A stretch of DNA of 63,967 nt, the filler included, from Stramenopiles sp. TOSAG23-2 (taxonomy: Eukaryota): assembly GCA_900128395.1 (NCBI GenBank). It is 4 parts of 4 records of this genome, joined end to end, with 100 filler letters (N's around TTAATTAATTAA, not from the genome) between each part and the next. Parts side by side here need not be neighbours in the genome. Positions count along the whole stretch, not along the records: positions 16,507 to 32,886 come from LT649679.1; positions 32,987 to 49,346 come from LT649680.1; 2 more parts are not named here. The stretch is one strand, 5' to 3'. Of this stretch, positions 22,607 to 33,423 are shown piece after piece. The position numbers and the translations under genes were made by a program. The notes under the pieces are model-generated. The model ran no database searches. It was given only the letters and a program-made list of their open reading frames with translations, and had not been told where the DNA came from. Within the stretch, counting starts at the first letter, position 1, and the number at the start of each line of letters is the position of its first letter.

Positions 22607-24748
22607 TTATGTAAATCGCCTTGCAGATTTCTGAGCATTTCTTTTAATTAAATTTTGTTGTCTTGCAACATTTTGTGGATTGTACACTACAGAACTATGC
22701 ATATATTCTACATCTTTGTCAGTTGGTTCCCATTTATGTAAATATTCGCGTCTACCTCTATAAGTTTTTAAATGATATATAGGATCAGGCTTTTCAGCAT
22801 CAGATGGAGCTAAATCTTTGTCAGTTGGTTCCCATTTATGTAAATATTCGCGTCTACCTCTATAAGTTTTTAAATGATATATAGGATCAGGCTTTTCAGC
22901 ATCAGATGGAGCTAATGCACCGTTTGGAGCGAATATAGTGACTTTAGAAGCACTACCACCTGAATTATGCCCTTGTTGATTACGACCCCATGAAACATCA
23001 TTCGTATTAGAATGTTTACCCATCGCATTTTGTATTGCATTGGAATTTGTTGAAAGCGCATCTCCACCAATTACATCTCTACGTGCATTAACATCACGCA
23101 ATGCATATAATGCGCGAACCATTTCTTCCATTTCTATAGAACCACCGCCATCACGATCAAAAAAGTGAAAGATCATATCAATATCTTGCTTCGTTATATC
23201 TATTTCTTCATTTTTCTCTGCAAATTTACCTAATAATTGACCAAATTCTTCTCTATCTAATTCACCGTCGCCATTAACATCAAATCGTTTAAATGCATGC
23301 ATTATACGACCCATATTTTGCTTTAATACTCTCACTAATTTTGGTGCCAAATCAACAGCTGCAACATGGAATTTATTTTTTCCATGCATCATTTTCACTT
23401 CATTGCCTAAACGTGCTTCTGTATCTTCTTTGATTTTATCTTTATATACCCGTTCAAATTGCAAAAACGTTTTATCCCATTCTTTGTATTGTGGATCTTG
23501 TAATCTATTTACTAACTCATCGTACCTAATACGACCTTCCTCATCTGTTGCAAATTCAGTATGCATTAATACTTGTATTTCAGCTTTTGTTAACGGCAGG
23601 CTTAACATGGATAATATACTCCTCAATTCATCAGCATCTATGTAACCATCATTATCCACATCATATTGCTTTAATAGACCATATAAATGTGAATTTTTTG
23701 CCATCATAAATTTTTTCCGTAAAAATGTAATTGCTTGTGATAATTTAGTTGCACTGACGTCATCCTCATTGCGTTTAAATTTATCTGACTCACTACTAAC
23801 ATCGCTGAAATTCATTGTATTTTGTCCTACTAACATACCACCTTCGCCTAAAACATGCCCATGCCCCTCTTGTAATCTAACAGCTTCTAAAAATTCTCTA
23901 GAACTAACTTCACCAGAATCATCACGATCAAAAAATAAAAAAATGGCATCCATTTCTTCATCTTTTAAATGTACATTTAGCATTCCAAGCGCTCTGCTAA
24001 TTTCATCACGACTTAATGTACCACTACCATCTTCATCCCAAGATTGAAAGACGCGTGCTAATGATGGATGTGCCGCCATCCGTTCTTTTAACATCTTCAA
24101 TGCTGATTCCACTCTATTTTTCCATAAATCGCGTTGTGCATGTCTTCGAATAGTTGATATACGGTTACCATTTGCATCATCCAGGCCTGTAGGTGTATTT
24201 CCACCAGAAACTAAATCTTTGTATGTCATACCATCTAATCCTTTAATAGAACGATGATTTTTATTAGGTGAACTATGTCCACCACCAGGTCTTTTTCCTT
24301 TCGTTGGACTTTGTGAATGTGGACTGGTTGGGCTATGTATTGTTAGCAATAAACTCCCAACTTCTCGAGGTCGTAAATAGGAACCACGATCATCATGTGC
24401 TGGGTTGGGAGCTTTAATACCATACGCCCATCTAACTCCTGCACGGCCGTTTGGTGCAGGTTGTATAGGAGGTTGCTGTTGCCAAGATTGTATGGCTGGG
24501 ATTTTCACTTGTGTTGCATCTGTATTGCGTGTTGGTGGTGCTAATAAACGGACATTACTACAACCCAATGCTTTCCTACGATGCCGTACACCAATACCAT
24601 GGTCTAACTTATCATAATTTTGTCTACCACGTGCTTGATTTGCTCCTGCTTGTCTTGGTGAACGATTTGGTGTAAAGCGCGATTCTTTAATAGGTACATC
24701 CATTGGTACACCACCAAAACCCGTTGGTCCTCCAGGTCTTCGTGGCAT
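22607..24748 (-). CDS. Multi-EF-hand calcium-binding protein
   Basis: EF loops DEDGSGTLSRDE, DRDDSGEVSSRE, DVDNDGYIDADE, DVNGDGELDREE, DRDGGGSIEMEE. Confidence 0.9.
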   Translation of the reverse strand: MPRRPGGPTGFGGVPMDVPIKESRFTPNRSPRQAGANQARGRQNYDKLDHGIGVRHRRKALGCSNVRLLAPPTRNTDATQVKIPAIQSWQQQPPIQPAPNGRAGVRWAYGIKAPNPAHDDRGSYLRPREVGSLLLTIHSPTSPHSQSPTKGKRPGGGHSSPNKNHRSIKGLDGMTYKDLVSGGNTPTGLDDANGNRISTIRRHAQRDLWKNRVESALKMLKERMAAHPSLARVFQSWDEDGSGTLSRDEISRALGMLNVHLKDEEMDAIFLFFDRDDSGEVSSREFLEAVRLQEGHGHVLGEGGMLVGQNTMNFSDVSSESDKFKRNEDDVSATKLSQAITFLRKKFMMAKNSHLYGLLKQYDVDNDGYIDADELRSILSMLSLPLTKAEIQVLMHTEFATDEEGRIRYDELVNRLQDPQYKEWDKTFLQFERVYKDKIKEDTEARLGNEVKMMHGKNKFHVAAVDLAPKLVRVLKQNMGRIMHAFKRFDVNGDGELDREEFGQLLGKFAEKNEEIDITKQDIDMIFHFFDRDGGGSIEMEEMVRALYALRDVNARRDVIGGDALSTNSNAIQNAMGKHSNTNDVSWGRNQQGHNSGGSASKVTIFAPNGALAPSDAEKPDPIYHLKTYRGRREYLHKWEPTDKDLAPSDAEKPDPIYHLKTYRGRREYLHKWEPTDKDVEYMHSSVVYNPQNVARQQNLIKRNAQKSARRFT
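22712..22915. repeat. Exact tandem duplication, 102-nt period, in frame (34 aa)
   Basis: ATCTTTGTCAGTTGG... at 22712 and 22814. Confidence 0.95.
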
Positions 24749-26204
24749 TTTTTATAGATTAAATATAACGTTATAATTGAAATATTTATATGTTTTATAC
24801 AAAGGTATGATGTATGATGTATGTGTATTGTATTCTATTACAGTCTTTGTTTTTACTTTTATTGAAAAAAAAAGGTGTATTAATAATAATAACAACACAA
24901 CAAGTAACCGATCTTATTATTATTATAAACTCATCATCATAATATCGGAGGAAAAAAATAAGGAGAAAGAAGAAAGGAGAGAAGCTTCAGCCAAAATTAT
25001 ACTTGATAGTATAATGTTTTCAGTGGATAGATATATTTTGCGAACTCTAAACTTAAACTAAAACTCTATAAATTATGAACTTCCTTTACTCCTACCACAA
25101 CACCACAACACTATAATACCACCGATACAACTAGCTAACACAAAAAAAAGGCTGTGTGATGATGTTATTTGTTATCCTGCTGGTTTTAGTTCATGATTTT
25201 CTGATATTTTCATCTATCTCTATTATTACTTAGACTTTAAGGTATTATAGACCCATCTAATAAAACTGGCCACACATTATATACCCGACCAATCGTGTAT
25301 ACTCAAAAAGGTCGAATCTTCGCATAAAAACCTTATATATTTAGTTGTTTGTGTTGTAAAAATAACAAAGAGAATAACTATACACACTATTGACGCGCAG
25401 GGAGTAGCTCTAAGAGAGGCTCACAACAGCACAACAACAGTGTATTAAGTTTATGTATTACCACCTGGTGGTAAGGCTAATAGTTGAAAGAATAGCACAG
25501 GATGGATAGGCAGATTAGGATAGGAAAGAATCTTCCAAACCAGCAAAAACTGGCAAACCAGCAAACCAAAAACCATTGTGAGCTTTTCGGCTGCTTCTCT
25601 GTTCGCCCGGATCTTTGATGCATGAGCGAAGGCAAAAAGGCACGAGAATGACAACCCACATACTGTGTAGTGTTAATAAATTTTTAATTCTACATTAACC
25701 ATTCGTCATCAAGAATGGCCGGCTACATCATTAAGATTTGGCAAAATGCTGCTGAAAATGACTGTCCTATCAAACATATATTTATACTTACTAGTATAAT
25801 AAATATTACACCAGCAAACCATTTTTTGAAGATCTTCTTCACCAATAACGTAAAATATATATATTATATCTATTAGAAAGAGTTTAGATAAGCCATGTGT
25901 GGGGGTGGTAAAGGAGGAAATCATTTTCAATTGTATAATCTGCCAAACCTTCCTTTACGTCTACATTGCGTGCGTGTGTGTGTGTGTATTTACCGTATAT
26001 ACATAAAAGTTACATCTATATTTATTGTTATCAAACTAGTTTTATCGTTGGATAAAGAAATATATAGCATTTATTTAATTGGAGCAACTCGATAATAATA
26101 CCCAAACACATATATCTATCTATATATAAGAAATATAGATATAATACATAATCAATAATAGTAATAGGTTTAATAATAAGAACAACTCTAAATAGCAATA
26201 AAGT

Positions 26205-27260
26205 ATGTTTTTTTTACAAAAAATGTTCGCATTGCGCTACGTCGAGGATTTAAGAACATTAGGTTTTTGTCTGATATTTTTTGGCGTTTGTAGTTTACAA
26301 TTTGCATATGATTTTAATAGTAATATGTTGGAGCGATTTGGTATGTTTGTAGTGACTGTGTTCTTTGCCTTTTTAGGTGCAGTGACATGCCATAACGCTA
26401 TCCATGTTCCTATTAGTAGTTCAAAATCAGTGAACAATGCATTTCAAATTGTGATTTCATTGTGGTTTGGTTACACGGCATCTGCATATGTCCCAGGCCA
26501 TAATTTAAGCCATCATAGGAACTTGCAAACACCACGTGATATTATGTCGACATATAAAATGAAATTTAAATCAAATTTTTTAAATGGAGTTTTATTTGCA
26601 CCAACTATCATGTTGGCAACTGGGAAGAACGATGGTGCATATTTCGCAGCACAACGCAAGATGGGCCGGCCTATCTATAAGCAAGCACAAATTGAATTGG
26701 CTTCATGGGTAGTCTTTCAATTAGCACTTGCATCGATCGATCCATATAAATGGATGTTTGTATTTTTCGTTCCACAATTATTTGGTAAATACATGATTAT
26801 TTCATTAAATACCTTGCAACATGATGGATGTGATGAAAATTCTAAATATAATCATTCACGTAATTTTGTGGATCCATGGTTAAATTATTTCTGTTTTAAC
26901 AATGGATACCATGGCATTCATCACATGTACCCAGGGCGCCATTGGGCATTAACGAAAGTTGAGCATGATGAAAAAGTGAAACCAAATATTCATCCAAATT
27001 TGGACCATCCATCTATCTTTGAATATATGTTTGATCGATATATTTACCCTGCTCAACGTACAACTTACGATGGGAAAATTTATAATATTCCAAACAGAGG
27101 GGAAGATGAACCATGGTTTTATGCAACTACGGAAAGTTATTCAGATCGTGCATCGCAAAGTTATACATTAATGCAAGAGACAGGAAGAAATAGTATTAAA
27201 CGAAAAGGCGAGACAAAAGGTAATGAAAACATTGGTGTTGTTCATGTTATTACCAATTAG
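26205..27260 (+). CDS. Membrane di-iron fatty-acid/sphingolipid desaturase (no cytochrome b5 domain)
   Basis: His boxes HNAIH, HNLSHH and NNGYHGIHH plus several TM helices. Confidence 0.9.
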   Translation: MFFLQKMFALRYVEDLRTLGFCLIFFGVCSLQFAYDFNSNMLERFGMFVVTVFFAFLGAVTCHNAIHVPISSSKSVNNAFQIVISLWFGYTASAYVPGHNLSHHRNLQTPRDIMSTYKMKFKSNFLNGVLFAPTIMLATGKNDGAYFAAQRKMGRPIYKQAQIELASWVVFQLALASIDPYKWMFVFFVPQLFGKYMIISLNTLQHDGCDENSKYNHSRNFVDPWLNYFCFNNGYHGIHHMYPGRHWALTKVEHDEKVKPNIHPNLDHPSIFEYMFDRYIYPAQRTTYDGKIYNIPNRGEDEPWFYATTESYSDRASQSYTLMQETGRNSIKRKGETKGNENIGVVHVITN

Positions 27261-28647
27261 TATTGGTTGGATCTGGGGAACAGGATATTGCTTATACTGT
27301 GAATGTTATCGTATGTACTTACCAGTACCTTCTGTTATTGTATATATCATATTTCAATTGTGGATGTGGGATACGGAAGAAGTCAACACAAAAAAATATA
27401 TTGTCTTCCATGACAAAGCTTTAGAAGCAAAATATGGCAACAGACGTTATCCAATGTCAGAGCTTGTGGATGACTTTATTAATTCAAAAGTTAGTTTCAA
27501 TAAGAAAGTGGAGAAAGGCGATTGTTGGAAAATATTGCAATTCCACCGACAACACTTTGTTTCCTACAAAGTTGGATTCAGACAAATCAAATGGTTATTA
27601 TCCCAGTTTATTCCACCATTTTTACAATTTAATGGCCTTGGATATGGAAATAGTAGTGTCAAAGACAAGAAACATACGAAAAAAGAAATTGCTGAACATT
27701 ACGACCGGGGCAATGATTTCTTCAATGCATTCATGGGACCAACGATGGTATACACCAGTGGTGTATTCCATGGGTTGCATCAAACTTTGGAACAAGCACA
27801 ATTTAACAAAATGCAACTTATCTGTGAAAAGTTACAATTAAAAGAAAACGAGACCTTTTTAGACATTGGATGTGGTTGGGGTACATTAACACGCCATGCA
27901 GTGAAAGAATTTGGCGCAGTTGGTACTGGCGTTACTTTAAGTGTTGAAGGTAAAAAATGGTGTGACATGAAAAACGACGAAGAAAATGTGGAGACTGAAA
28001 TTTTATGCCGTGATTACAGAGACATCCCGAAAGATCGTAGATTTAACAAAATTAGTTCCATTGAGATGGCAGAACATGTTGGTTTGGCCAATTTCGTTGA
28101 TCCGTATTTAAGTGGTGTATATCGTTTATTGGAAGATGATGGTATCTTTTTAATGCAAGTTGCTGGACTTCGTCAAGGATCAAACTGGGAAGACGTCGCA
28201 TGGGGATTGTTCATGAGTCGTTACATTTTCCCTGGTGCAGATGCAAGCACACCATTGAATTGGTACATCAGGCAATTGGAAGTTTCAGGATTTGAAGTTC
28301 ATAGTGTTGAAACCATTGGTCGCCATTACTCACATACATTACATAAATGGTATGACAATTGGATGTCCAACAAAAAGAAAATTATGAAGAACCCAAAATA
28401 TGGTGAAGGTTTATTTCGTTTATGGGAAATCTTTTTGGCATGGTCTGTAATCGCCGCTGGACAAGGTAGTGCAACATGTTATCAAATCGCTTGTCACAAA
28501 AACAAATACGATTTTCCACGTGACAGGTGGTGTGAATCTGATACGGTTTCCGACAATGCACCAACTGGCGTAGGTATTAGTAAAAAAAGGTCTAAAACAC
28601 CTGCAAAGAAATCTAAACGTTCTAAAACACCAAAGAAAAAACGTTAA
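27223..28647 (+). CDS. Sphingolipid C9-methyltransferase-like SAM-dependent enzyme (CFA synthase family)
   Basis: HYDRGNDFF..F.GPTMVYTSG, LDIGCGWG, EMAEHVG, QVAGLR...WED..WGLFM..YIFPGADASTPL.W and an N-terminal TM pair, as in fungal C9-methyltransferases. Confidence 0.88.
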   Translation: MKTLVLFMLLPISIGWIWGTGYCLYCECYRMYLPVPSVIVYIIFQLWMWDTEEVNTKKYIVFHDKALEAKYGNRRYPMSELVDDFINSKVSFNKKVEKGDCWKILQFHRQHFVSYKVGFRQIKWLLSQFIPPFLQFNGLGYGNSSVKDKKHTKKEIAEHYDRGNDFFNAFMGPTMVYTSGVFHGLHQTLEQAQFNKMQLICEKLQLKENETFLDIGCGWGTLTRHAVKEFGAVGTGVTLSVEGKKWCDMKNDEENVETEILCRDYRDIPKDRRFNKISSIEMAEHVGLANFVDPYLSGVYRLLEDDGIFLMQVAGLRQGSNWEDVAWGLFMSRYIFPGADASTPLNWYIRQLEVSGFEVHSVETIGRHYSHTLHKWYDNWMSNKKKIMKNPKYGEGLFRLWEIFLAWSVIAAGQGSATCYQIACHKNKYDFPRDRWCESDTVSDNAPTGVGISKKRSKTPAKKSKRSKTPKKKR

Positions 28648-28771
28648 GCCAAGGGAACAAGGAAGCAAAAGAATCAAATCGTATATAAAGAAATTTAAGA
28701 AGAGATAAGGGAGAAATAGAGTATGGATGAATCACTATACACGCGTGTATGTATGTAAACAGATAATAAAG

Positions 28772-28986
28772 AGTACGCGTAGTTATTTCTATGTTTTTGT
28801 AGATTTTTGTAAAAGATAAAAAAAAAAGTGCATTAGGAAAAATGAGATGAGAAAAAACATTTTGAAAAAAGAAAATTTAGTACGCGTAGTTATTTCTATG
28901 TTTTTGTAGATTTTTGTAAAAGATAAAAAAAAAAGTGCATTAGGAAAAATGAGATGAGAAAAAACATTTTGAAAAAAGAAAATTTA
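28772..28986. repeat. Tandem duplication, 107-nt period
   Basis: AGTACGCGTAGTTATTTC... at 28772 and 28879. Confidence 0.95.
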
Positions 28987-29749
28987 AGATTTTAATAAAA
29001 AATACGAAGTAAAAAAAAAGAAAAGAAGAAAAAAGGAAAAGAGAGCGAGAGAGAAGAGGTGTGAAATTATGAACACACAGCCAGAACTTATAAAATAAAA
29101 GATATATATATAATTCTTTCGTATATATATATATTGAATAAGAGTCCCACCAAGATCGTCTTTACGAAACACGTACGCGTATATATATTTTATCCTAAAT
29201 GCATATCATACCATCACACACATTTTTTTAAATAACATCATCACGCTTCTTATTACTGACCAGTATTGGTAGGTTCACTTGGAAGGAGGAGATCTTTTGA
29301 TTGTTTCGCACTTTTCTCTTGTTTCAATGGCGTTGGATGACCCCCATTCAATACATAGACGACTATTAAATCAAGACATTTTGATAAAAATACCACGACA
29401 CTACCGTGCTTATTAACAAAATGTTGCCGCGCTAATAACAACAAGCAGGCAGGTAACTTCATGTTCTCCATTTATATTTATAATTTTTCATCTATATATA
29501 TATGCATTTTTGACGGGATTGCATTTTGAAGACTTAAATGGTTCATCTGTACTTGTTAGTATACATATATATATATAGGAAAATTTTTCCAAAGCCTAGA
29601 AATTAAGAATAAATGGAATATATATAAGAATATATATATACTATTTGAATAAAAATGAAATATCAAAGACATCTAGTAACGAAGACAAACGAATTCAAAA
29701 AAAAGAAGATCAAAAAATAATAATAGCGGTAGCGGTGCTTGTTTAAACG

Positions 29750-30049
29750 ATGAGTGGATTAAAGTACATTAAAAAGGTGGCGGTATATTTCAACCCGTTG
29801 GATCCAAGGACGACAGGCATTAGGGAATTTTTTAGTCGAGTAAATACGACAAAGAATTTATTAACAAATCCAAAAGTGGAAACTGAATGTAATATATTTG
29901 ATGAGGATGCACCACCAAAATTACAAGTTGATTTTATGGATGGGGATAAACATATTGTAGAAGATGCATCAAATATGATAGTAGAAGATATACTTGATCC
30001 AATTAATGCGAAATCAAAATCATTGTCTTTGAATGAGATGAATGGATAG
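29750..30049 (+). CDS. MRPL53: Mitochondrial ribosomal protein mL53-like
   Basis: 99 aa; KYIKKV.V.FNP.D....REF..R....P.LQVDF.DG pattern. Confidence 0.75.
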   Translation: MSGLKYIKKVAVYFNPLDPRTTGIREFFSRVNTTKNLLTNPKVETECNIFDEDAPPKLQVDFMDGDKHIVEDASNMIVEDILDPINAKSKSLSLNEMNG

Positions 30050-30213
30050 CACTATATATTGGAATTTGCATATATATTACGTATGATTTTTAAAGTAAAA
30101 TTTAAAATGGTATTTTTGTGTGTAAAAAACATTATATTTAATATTTTAAAGATAATATATTATTACACCACACACACACACACACATTTATTGATGTAAC
30201 ATCTCCCCTGCCG

Positions 30214-30507
30214 CACTACTACGACACCACAATAACATAATTATTTATATTTCCAAGATGTACTTTTACGTTTTTTCCTACTTGATGTACGAATTGAAGG
30301 ACTACTCATGGTACGATCATCATCGTCCTCGTCCTCATATATACTATCATAACTAGATGACACTACTACGACACCACAATAACATAATTATTTATATTTC
30401 CAAGATGTACTTTTACGTTTTTTCCTACTTGATGTACGAATTGAAGGACTACTCATGGTACGATCATCATCGTCCTCGTCCTCATATATACTATCATAAC
30501 TAGATGA
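30214..30507. repeat. Tandem duplication, 147-nt period (sirtuin stop region)
   Basis: CACTACTACGACACCAC... at 30214 and 30361. Confidence 0.95.
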
Positions 30508-31748
30508 TCGTTTGCTTTTTTTCAATGGAAACAATAATTCATTATTATTATTAGTCAATATTGTACTATTAATACGTCGTAATGAAGTACGTTTTGCAGT
30601 TGCTACTTTATATAATAATTCTAATGTTTGATCACATGAACCTAATATATGATATATTGGGAATCGTTCTTTTCCCATAACATTGTATTGTTGTAAACAT
30701 AATTTTTCATCTGTAACAATATTAAAGTTAAATATAGGAATTCTCCTTCGACGAGCTTCTAATACAGCATTAGTTGTAATTCCAACAGAATTGGATGTAC
30801 CAACAAAAACTAATGCTTTACATTCTTCCATCCAATTTTCTACTTTTTCATATTGATAAAATGGATGACTTTCATAATCTTCATCAAAAAACAGACTTTG
30901 TGGCAATAATGGAGAACTACATTCTGAACACTTTGGTGCTGATTTTAATACAAATGTTTTACATATTGATAAAATGGATGACTTTCATAATCTTCATCAA
31001 AAAACAGACTTTGTGGCAATAATGGAGAACTACATTCTGAACACTTTGGTGCTGATTTTAATACAAATGTTTTATTTTTATCAATTGTTGTTGTTGTTGT
31101 TGTTGTTGTTCCATTCGTATTATTATTATCATGATCAAAATCTAATTTAATATTTTTCAACGTTGTCTCATGTGCTAAACAATCTTCATTAATACATTTA
31201 TAATATGTCAAATGCCCATGAACTTCTACAATGCGTTCTCGTTCTATTGCGCCATCACCTTTTAAATGCAAACCGTCTATATTTTGCGTGACGACACGAA
31301 CAGATGAAAATGTTTTACATATGTTTGCAATATTTATATGGCCTTTATTTGGTTGAGCTTCTAAATATTCTTTTTTATGATGTGTTTGTAACCAAAATGT
31401 ATTATACCATATTAATGGATCTTTCAAAAATTGTTGTCTAGTTCCCCATTTATATACAAATCGACTCCATGTCGCGTTGTTCATACTATTATTTTCCTGA
31501 GCTGTTGCTGATGTTGTTGTTGCCGTGGATGAAGAGGAATTGGATCGATAGGTTGGTATACCAGATGATTTAGATAAACCAGCACCAGTGATGAATAATA
31601 CTTTATCATTCATTTGACTGTTACTTTTCCCAGAGGATTTACATGTTGTTATTAGTGAATTTGGGGAAAACGATGGTGATTGTTCATCGTCATCACTGGT
31701 TGTTCTATTATGCCTTAACAACGATGCTAATGCTTCTATGCCTTCCAT
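30388..31748 (-). CDS. Sir2-family NAD-dependent deacylase, interrupted by a 113-nt duplication
   Basis: ITGAGLS.SSGIPTYR, TQNIDGLH, EVHG, Zn Cys pairs, PQSLFFDE, FVGTS. Deleting one copy of the duplication joins ORFs 30945..31748 and 30388..30906. Confidence 0.88.
30849..31074. repeat. Tandem duplication, 113-nt period, frame-breaking
   Basis: CATATTGATAAAATGGATG... at 30849 and 30962. Confidence 0.95.
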
Positions 31749-32414
31749 CGTTTCTCTGCAGACACTTTATCGTTTACGTTGTTCAAATTGTATCTCTTCA
31801 AACCATTTAACATGAAATCTGTATAAATCTATATGTACACCTGTATTTATAAAATAACTACTAAAAAAAACACTGTGATTGTTTGATTGATGATTATTTT
31901 ACGACAAAATCCAATAGTAATACGTTTTAAATTTTATTAATTTGTTAATTTCTGAAGAGGAGTGTGAAATCTTGTCATTTTCAACAATTTGTTAAAATAG
32001 TATTTTCCCATTGTCCTTAGTTATAAATTCTTGTTTTTTTCACGATGATACACAAGGGTGTAAATTCCTATTGTCCTTAGTTATAAATTTTATTAAGAAG
32101 TAGTTGCGTGGGATGATGCACTAAAATTAACACACAGGAGGACTATATATGGCATCCCACGGGCTTTAATATATTTATTATAAAATTAATAATATTATTA
32201 ATATTCATTAGACAGTGGTACTAGACGACAGTGATACAGTAAGATATACAAGAGAGGATAGAAAGAAGAGATAGACAGATAGTCCGTCTAGATACAAAAC
32301 AACAAAAAAAGGAGAAACAGTACATACACAAAACTAAAAAAAGGTTTTATATACTCAATACAATATATCACTTATTTATATATATATTTATTTAATCAAA
32401 CAAACAGTGAAATA

Positions 32415-32886
32415 ATGGCATCGTTAGTTACTGATGATAATAATAATACAACAACACCAGCAACGAGAAGAAGAACAACAGCGGCAACTGAAGAATCTGA
32501 GCAAATGACCGATAATGAAATTCAACATTTTGAAGATTTACCTGGTATATTACAAATATGTATTGGTACTTCTACAAAACCAGGTCTCATAGCATATTTT
32601 GATGATGATATACTTGCAATGATAAATATGTTTGCGAAAACATGTAAAAAATTTCTTGAATATGATCCCTTGCGTTCTTATTATTTTAGAGTTGTATTAG
32701 CAAAGAAATATGGAGTCAATTTTGATGACAGTAGAGTAATTTTGGATAGAAAGAACATTCGCGATGAAGATTTACAAAATATAGGTGAAGCATTGAAAGC
32801 AAACAATACATTGACATACTTGGACCTAGATGATAACAATATTATTGATGTACAAAGTATTGGTGAATTGTTAAAAACAAACAATA
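32415..32886 (+). CDS. RI-like leucine-rich repeat protein, 3'-truncated at contig end
   Basis: IGEALKANNTLTYLDLDDNNI repeats run into the linker. Confidence 0.8.
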
Positions 32887-32986
32887 NNNNNNNNNNNNNN
32901 NNNNNNNNNNNNNNNNNNNNNNNNNNNNNNTTAATTAATTAANNNNNNNNNNNNNNNNNNNNNNNNNNNNNNNNNNNNNNNNNNNN
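32887..32986. other. Artificial contig linker
   Basis: N44-TTAATTAATTAA-N44. Confidence 0.98.
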
Positions 32987-33423
32987 AAGAGGATGAAATT
33001 GTTAAAATGACGATGTAATTTTTACATGTATTTTGTGTTTTAAAAAATGGATATTTTTATAATTTAATGATTTCTATGAATTTTATACTTTATTTTAGTC
33101 ATTTCTGTAAATTAATAATTTATTTAAGTACAAATTTTAATGTAAAAATTTGATGCCAGAAATTCTGCTATCCCTAATTTCTGAAAACAAGAAATGTCAA
33201 AATTATTTTGCCAATTGATAGGAAAAATGGTATACTAGTGGAGCCTAAGTTTAAAATGGTATTTTCACTGTTTTTCCTTTGTTTTCATGTAATGAAATGA
33301 AAAATCCACCATCATAACAATGAAATATAAGAATTTAGGTTGAAAATGTTAAAAATGATGAAATATGATGAAAAATATGCGCAATCCTATATTGTTACTG
33401 TATTTTAGTGAATCTGAATAATT

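Noticed and set aside
25080-26000. Transposon relic or ncRNA in the long, moderately GC-rich spacer
   Set aside because: No terminal repeats, transposase-like ORF or recognisable RNA structure seen.
27220-27260. 41-nt GTAATG..TTAG intron joining the desaturase and methyltransferase
   Set aside because: 41 mod 3 = 2, which leads into the wrong frame and a stop; it would also delete TM1 codons.
29253-29471. 72-aa minus-strand ORF as a gene
   Set aside because: Composition is coding-like but there is no motif or other support.
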